In this document: piece after piece, positions 27,882 to 32,000 of the stretch
Layout: every line of letters starts with the position of its first letter
Position numbering within the stretch: the first letter of the stretch is position 1
Assembly: GCA_021781555.1 (NCBI GenBank)
Contig: JAJXWQ010000012.1
Span: 27,956-59,955, forward strand
Origin: a bacterium
Lineage (GTDB): Bacteria; Cyanobacteriota; Sericytochromatia; S15B-MN24; VGJW01
Length of the DNA: 32,000 nucleotides
Direction: 5' to 3'
Notes under the pieces: model-generated
What the model was told of the DNA's origin: nothing
Seen by the model: only the letters and a program-made list of their open reading frames with translations
Databases searched by the model: none
Position numbers and translations under genes: made by a program

Positions 27882-30182
27882 TTGACGAAGGTCCGGTTCG
27901 ACCACGACCGCATCTGGATGGCCGACAAGCCCCAGCTGCTCCTGGGCGGAGAGTTCCAGTACTTCCGGATCCGCCGCGAGCTCTGGGAGCAAGGCCTGAT
28001 CGCGCTCAAAGAGGCGGGCATCAACGCGCTGTCGACCTACATCCCGTGGGTCTGGCACGAGATCGCCGAGGGGGAGGTGGACTTCGACGGGCGCACCGCT
28101 CCCGAGCGGGACCTGCGCGGTTTCCTGTACCTCTGCCGGCGCCACGAGATGCCGCTCATCGCCAAGCCCGGTCCTTATATCTACGCCGAGTACCAGGGCT
28201 TTGGCATCCCGCTGTGGCTCCGGACCCACTATCCGGACACCAAGATGGTGCTCCCGCAGACCCCGGGCTACCAGGAGATCGCCCTCAACCATCCCAAGTT
28301 CCTGGAGCTCGTGAACCGCTGGTTCAAGGCGGTCGCCTCGACCCTGAAGCCCCTGGTCGATTCGGGCGAGGTCGTGGCCCTCCAGCTCGACAACGAGACC
28401 GGGATGCCGCAGTTCGGCGCCGGGCCGCACCTGTCCGATCACAACCCGCACACGGTGCAGCGGTTGCGGGCCTGGCTGGAAGAACGCTACGGGGAGATCG
28501 CGCCGCTCAATGACGCCTGGAAGACCGCTTTCCCGACTTTCGACGCGATCTTTCCGCCCGCCCGGCCGGCCACCCGGCACGCGGTCGGCGACCTGGCCGC
28601 CTTCGTCGAGGACTACATCGTCGACTACCTTGGCACGCTCAAGGCCATGTGGCGGGAGCTGGGCGTGGACACCCACTTCTACTGCAACGACATCTGGATG
28701 GCCGCCTGGCCGAATCACTGGCCCAAGAAGAACCAGGTGGCGCCGCTGGGCTTCGACATGTACCCCAAGTTCATGCGCGTGCCCACCGTGCTCGACCAGC
28801 CGTTCACGCTCACCTTCGTGCCCAAGGTCTTCGACGCGATGCGGCGCGAAGGGCCGCTGCTGGGCCCCGAGATCGGCGGCGGCTGGCTCGACCACCAGGT
28901 CCGGGTGTCCGAGATCGCGACCTGGCAAAAGATGATGGTGAGCTACCTGCGCGGCGCGCAGGGGAACATCCTCTACCCCATCCAGGACGGCGTCGATCCC
29001 GACGCGCTGCAATACCTCTTCGGAGCCGCCATCGACACCGAGGGACGCCAGAGCCCGCGCATGAAGGTCGTCCGGGCGCTCGGACGCTTCGTCGAGGAGT
29101 TCGGCCCGCACCTGGCCCGGAGCACGCCGGTGCTGTCGCCCGTGGCCGTGCTGCATTACCACGATGCAGTCCATGACCCCCTCCAGTTCACGGCCGATCC
29201 CTTGAAGACCGCCCGCGAGAACCTCGACCTGGCGATCGACGTAAGTGTCACCGTATCGTCCGGCGCCTCGGGAATGGTGGGAGCCCTGGTCGAGGCCGGC
29301 TACGATCCAGAGGTCCTGGAGCTCGGCTCGGCCCGGCTCGAGGATCTGGAACGCCACCGGGTGTGCTTCTTCGCGTCCACGGGCACGGTGTCGGCGGAGG
29401 TCCGCGACAAGCTGGCCAGCTACGTGCAGGGCGGCGGCACCCTGGTTGTCACGGGCACCCCCTTCGCCGATCCCGACGCGGTGTTCCCCTTCAAGACCAG
29501 GCGCACCTGGCGCCCGCGCTCGCTGGCCGTGGTGACGGGCGGATTCCTGGACGTCGCGTTCTTCAACCTGCTCGAGGCGGCCAAGATCCGCCATCCGCTG
29601 GTCCGCTTCACGGTCGAGAAGCTGCAGCCGGTCATGGGGCTGATCAAGCACGCCACGCGAGCGGGGGTCTGGCTGAACGCGACGCAAACCGGCGACCGGG
29701 TGTGGGCGTCGCGGTTCGTGAGCTACTGCCAGGTCCCGCCAGGGGCCGAAGAGCTGCTCAACTTCTCGGGAGCGCCGGTCGGCTTCGCGATGCCGATGGG
29801 GCAGGGCCGCGTGGCCTTCATCGGGACCCTCCTCGGCCTGCACATCGATTCCCCCGGCTACTACCTGGACGATCCCAAAAAGGTGAGCTCGGTGGCTACC
29901 TTCGTGTCTCGCTTGCTCGAGGGCTGGGCGGTGCCGGCGCGGACGCCGGCGATCGCCGGCGTCGAGGTGGTCGAGCGGACGGTGCCGGGCGGGACTCTGG
30001 TCGGCCTGATCAACCGCCGCCAGGATCAGGAGATCTGCCTCCCCCTGCCGCAGTCCGACCGCCACGTGCTCGAGCGCCAGTTCAGCTACCTGGGCTCCAC
30101 GGCCGAGTGGGACGGCCAGCTCCGGGCCCGCCTGCTGGCTGGCGACGTCCTGGTCGTGCAGCTGGCCCGGCGCCCGGGTTGA
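27882..30182 (+). CDS. Glycoside hydrolase family 35-like beta-galactosidase
   Basis: The N-terminal TIM-barrel pattern is LLLGGEFQYFRI, GINALSTYIPWVWHE, and IAKPGPYIYAEYQGFGIPLWL. LQLDNETG contains the NE acid/base pair. The start is TTG with GGAGGA just upstream. Confidence 0.78.
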   Translation: MTKVRFDHDRIWMADKPQLLLGGEFQYFRIRRELWEQGLIALKEAGINALSTYIPWVWHEIAEGEVDFDGRTAPERDLRGFLYLCRRHEMPLIAKPGPYIYAEYQGFGIPLWLRTHYPDTKMVLPQTPGYQEIALNHPKFLELVNRWFKAVASTLKPLVDSGEVVALQLDNETGMPQFGAGPHLSDHNPHTVQRLRAWLEERYGEIAPLNDAWKTAFPTFDAIFPPARPATRHAVGDLAAFVEDYIVDYLGTLKAMWRELGVDTHFYCNDIWMAAWPNHWPKKNQVAPLGFDMYPKFMRVPTVLDQPFTLTFVPKVFDAMRREGPLLGPEIGGGWLDHQVRVSEIATWQKMMVSYLRGAQGNILYPIQDGVDPDALQYLFGAAIDTEGRQSPRMKVVRALGRFVEEFGPHLARSTPVLSPVAVLHYHDAVHDPLQFTADPLKTARENLDLAIDVSVTVSSGASGMVGALVEAGYDPEVLELGSARLEDLERHRVCFFASTGTVSAEVRDKLASYVQGGGTLVVTGTPFADPDAVFPFKTRRTWRPRSLAVVTGGFLDVAFFNLLEAAKIRHPLVRFTVEKLQPVMGLIKHATRAGVWLNATQTGDRVWASRFVSYCQVPPGAEELLNFSGAPVGFAMPMGQGRVAFIGTLLGLHIDSPGYYLDDPKKVSSVATFVSRLLEGWAVPARTPAIAGVEVVERTVPGGTLVGLINRRQDQEICLPLPQSDRHVLERQFSYLGSTAEWDGQLRARLLAGDVLVVQLARRPG

Positions 30183-30226
30183 CCGAGCCGGGATCCTGGC
30201 TCCCGGCCACCGAGCGTAGCGTGAAA

Positions 30227-31837
30227 ATGCCATCCCCCGGCGGCACGGCCGAGAATCCGGACCGGCAAGCCCTGCTGGCCGAGATCGCCGGTTGCCTCCA
30301 GGTCAGCGGCGGCCCGGGCCCCGCGCGCAAGAGCCAGGGGGCCGTCTACACACCTGCGGTTCTCGCGGCCTTCGTGGTGGAGCGGGCACTTGCCTTCCTG
30401 GGCGACGGCCCTGGGGCCCGAAGCACCGGCCACCGCCTGCCCCGGGTGCTCGACCCGGCCTGCGGAAGCGGGCACTTCCTGGTGGCCGCCTGGAGCGCCA
30501 TCCGTGGTCGCTGGAGCGGGGGCCCGGCCCCGGTCGCGATGCTGGCGGGCCTGGACAGCGACCCGGTGGCGGTGGCCCGCTGCGCCCGGGTCCTCGAGCT
30601 CTGCGCCCGCCTGGACGAGATCGATTTCGGCTGTCCCCCGACGGTCCCCGCGCTCGGGGTCGGCGATGCCCTCCTCGACGATCCCCCGCAGGCTGCCTGT
30701 GACCTGGTCGTAGGGAATCCGCCGTACGTCCGGGTCGATCGCCTCGCGCCCGCTTACCGCCAGCGTCTGCGGGCAAAGTACGGGGACGTGCTCCAGGGCA
30801 AGTGGGACCTGTACCTGTGTTTTCTGGCCAGCTGGGAGCGCTGGCTGGCGCCCGACGGGATCCTCGCCTTCGTCACCCCCAACCAGTACCTGCTCGGGAA
30901 CAGCGCCGCGAAGTTGCGCCGCGAGCTCTCGCAGCGGCTCAGGATCCGCCTGCTGCTGGATTGCTGCGGCCTGGCGTCGTTTTCCGGAGCCATACCGCCG
31001 GCGGCGATCACGATCTTCGAGAACGTCGTCCCCCGAGCGGACGACCGGATCCAGGCGGGCATCGGCCTGCCCGGATCGCCCGGCCCGTCCAGCCTCGCCT
31101 CGCTCCGGTGCGATGCGGAGTGGGGCGAGGTACGTCAGGATCTCTGGCAAAAGGGCCGCTGGTCGGTCTTCGCCCCCGAGCCTTTCATGGCGTGGCTCGG
31201 CGGGCTCGACGCCCCGACGCTCGGCGACCTGTGCGACAAGATCGGCGAGGGCGACACGCAGCGGCGCGAGGAAGCGCTCATCGCGCCGGTCGAGCGCGCC
31301 CCCTCCGACTGGCAACCAGCCATCCGCGGGCGCAACATCGCGGCCGGACGGATCCTCGCTTCCGGCGATCGCTTGCCGCCGGTACCGACGGCGACCCCGG
31401 GTCGGGTGCTGATCCGCGACGTCGCGGCCCGGCTGGTCGCAGCGCCCGAACTTGCGCCCGTGCGCTGTCTACGTACCGTCTACTGCGCCTACCCGCGCGA
31501 TCGAACGCTCGCCGGGCCCATCGCCGCGCTCCTCAACACGGATCTCTTGACCTGGATCTATTTGCGGCTCTTCTACTCGTCCAAGATGTCGCCGCAGGCA
31601 GCCAACTTCCGGTTCCAGGCGCAGTTTCTCCGCCACCTCCCCGTCGTTTTTCCCGCCGGGCCGCCAGACCCCGACCGGCTCGGTGACCGCGCCCTCGAAG
31701 CCTACCGCGTGCCGCGGTGCTACCGCGACGAGATCCCGGCCCTCCTGGCACGCCTGGGGGCCGGTCCGTCACAGGGTCGCCAGACGGCCCTCGGACCGCT
31801 CGAATCGGCCCCGGGCAGGATCACCAGGGCACCGTGA
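30227..31837 (+). CDS. Gamma-class N6-adenine DNA methyltransferase (Eco57I/TaqI-like) with a long C-terminal putative target-recognition region
   Basis: This is an internal start of track ORF 29363..31837, either the ATG at 30227 or the GTG at 30221. The upstream part of that ORF overlaps the GH35 gene in another frame. Motif I is RVLDPACGSGHFLVAAW and motif IV is LVVGNPPYVRV. I recognised no nuclease motif. Confidence 0.8.
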   Translation: MPSPGGTAENPDRQALLAEIAGCLQVSGGPGPARKSQGAVYTPAVLAAFVVERALAFLGDGPGARSTGHRLPRVLDPACGSGHFLVAAWSAIRGRWSGGPAPVAMLAGLDSDPVAVARCARVLELCARLDEIDFGCPPTVPALGVGDALLDDPPQAACDLVVGNPPYVRVDRLAPAYRQRLRAKYGDVLQGKWDLYLCFLASWERWLAPDGILAFVTPNQYLLGNSAAKLRRELSQRLRIRLLLDCCGLASFSGAIPPAAITIFENVVPRADDRIQAGIGLPGSPGPSSLASLRCDAEWGEVRQDLWQKGRWSVFAPEPFMAWLGGLDAPTLGDLCDKIGEGDTQRREEALIAPVERAPSDWQPAIRGRNIAAGRILASGDRLPPVPTATPGRVLIRDVAARLVAAPELAPVRCLRTVYCAYPRDRTLAGPIAALLNTDLLTWIYLRLFYSSKMSPQAANFRFQAQFLRHLPVVFPAGPPDPDRLGDRALEAYRVPRCYRDEIPALLARLGAGPSQGRQTALGPLESAPGRITRAP

Positions 31838-31880
31838 TGGAGCCACCTTGCTTGAAGGGCTCGGGCCCGAGGAGTCAAAC

Positions 31881-32000
31881 GGGGCCCGGTTGCGCAGCGC
31901 AGCGACCGCGCAGAGGGCCCCGTCAAACTGAGAAAGATACCGGGGCCCGGTTGCGCAGCGCAGCGACCGCGCAGAGGGCCCCGTCAAACTGAGAAAGATA
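31881..32000 (+). repeat. Tandem array of the dispersed repeat family (copies d1 and d2; 61-bp period), running off the window edge
   Basis: The 59-nt unit GGGGCCCGGTTGCGCAGCGCAGCGACCGCGCAGAGGGCCCCGTCAAACTGAGAAAGATA occurs identically at 31881-31939 and 31942-32000, separated by CC. A degenerate partial unit (gggctcgggcccgaggaGTCAAAC) precedes it from about 31857. Confidence 0.9.

Noticed and set aside
27756-30233. An 825-aa minus-strand ORF opposite the GH35-like gene
   Set aside because: The plus-strand frame carries clear GH35 motifs. The antisense translation is low-complexity, and it would overlap the hrcA promoter and CIRCE region.
31881-32000. Possible CRISPR array at the 3' window edge, because of regularly spaced GC-rich partially palindromic repeats
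   Set aside because: The two 59-nt units are identical across their entire length and are separated only by CC. There are no unique spacers. The same unit occurs singly at other intergenic loci, and no cas genes are visible. A tandem intergenic repeat fits better.

Overview
This is a visibly GC-rich bacterial chromosomal segment. I saw no rRNA, tRNA or CRISPR array. Most of it is housekeeping operons that I recognised from the protein sequences. These are: the 3' part of a bifunctional homocysteine methyltransferase/MTHFR gene; a Wza-like polysaccharide exporter operon; a divergent CheY-like receiver; ilvC translationally coupled to three secreted or lipoprotein genes; a MoxR-DUF58-transglutaminase operon; dnaG-rpoD; hrcA-grpE-dnaK-dnaJ with a perfect CIRCE operator; and a GH35-like glycosidase. 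Accessory-looking content sits in three places. (i) 15.7-17.7 kb, directly downstream of rpoD, holds an orphan beta-class DNA methyltransferase, a 100-nt spacer of about 39% GC, a zinc-ribbon miniprotein, and a solitary IS200/IS605-type Y1 transposase homologue whose HUH motif reads Q-L-H. (ii) 18.7-22.7 kb holds two small unknown proteins behind an AT-rich palindrome, a YkgJ-type Cys-cluster protein and, divergently, an NB-ARC/STAND-like NTPase. This NTPase has no recognisable sensor repeats and carries a C-terminal coiled-coil / putative TM hairpin / coiled-coil module. I rate it the best candidate for an undescribed (possibly defence-type) system. (iii) 30.2-31.8 kb holds a gamma-class N6-adenine methyltransferase with no visible nuclease partner. 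A roughly 60-nt intergenic repeat family occurs at five or more loci. It brackets the STAND gene, has two long variants with nested hairpins, and forms a 61-bp tandem array that runs off the 3' window edge. All functional calls come from by-eye motif recognition. No database search was run.
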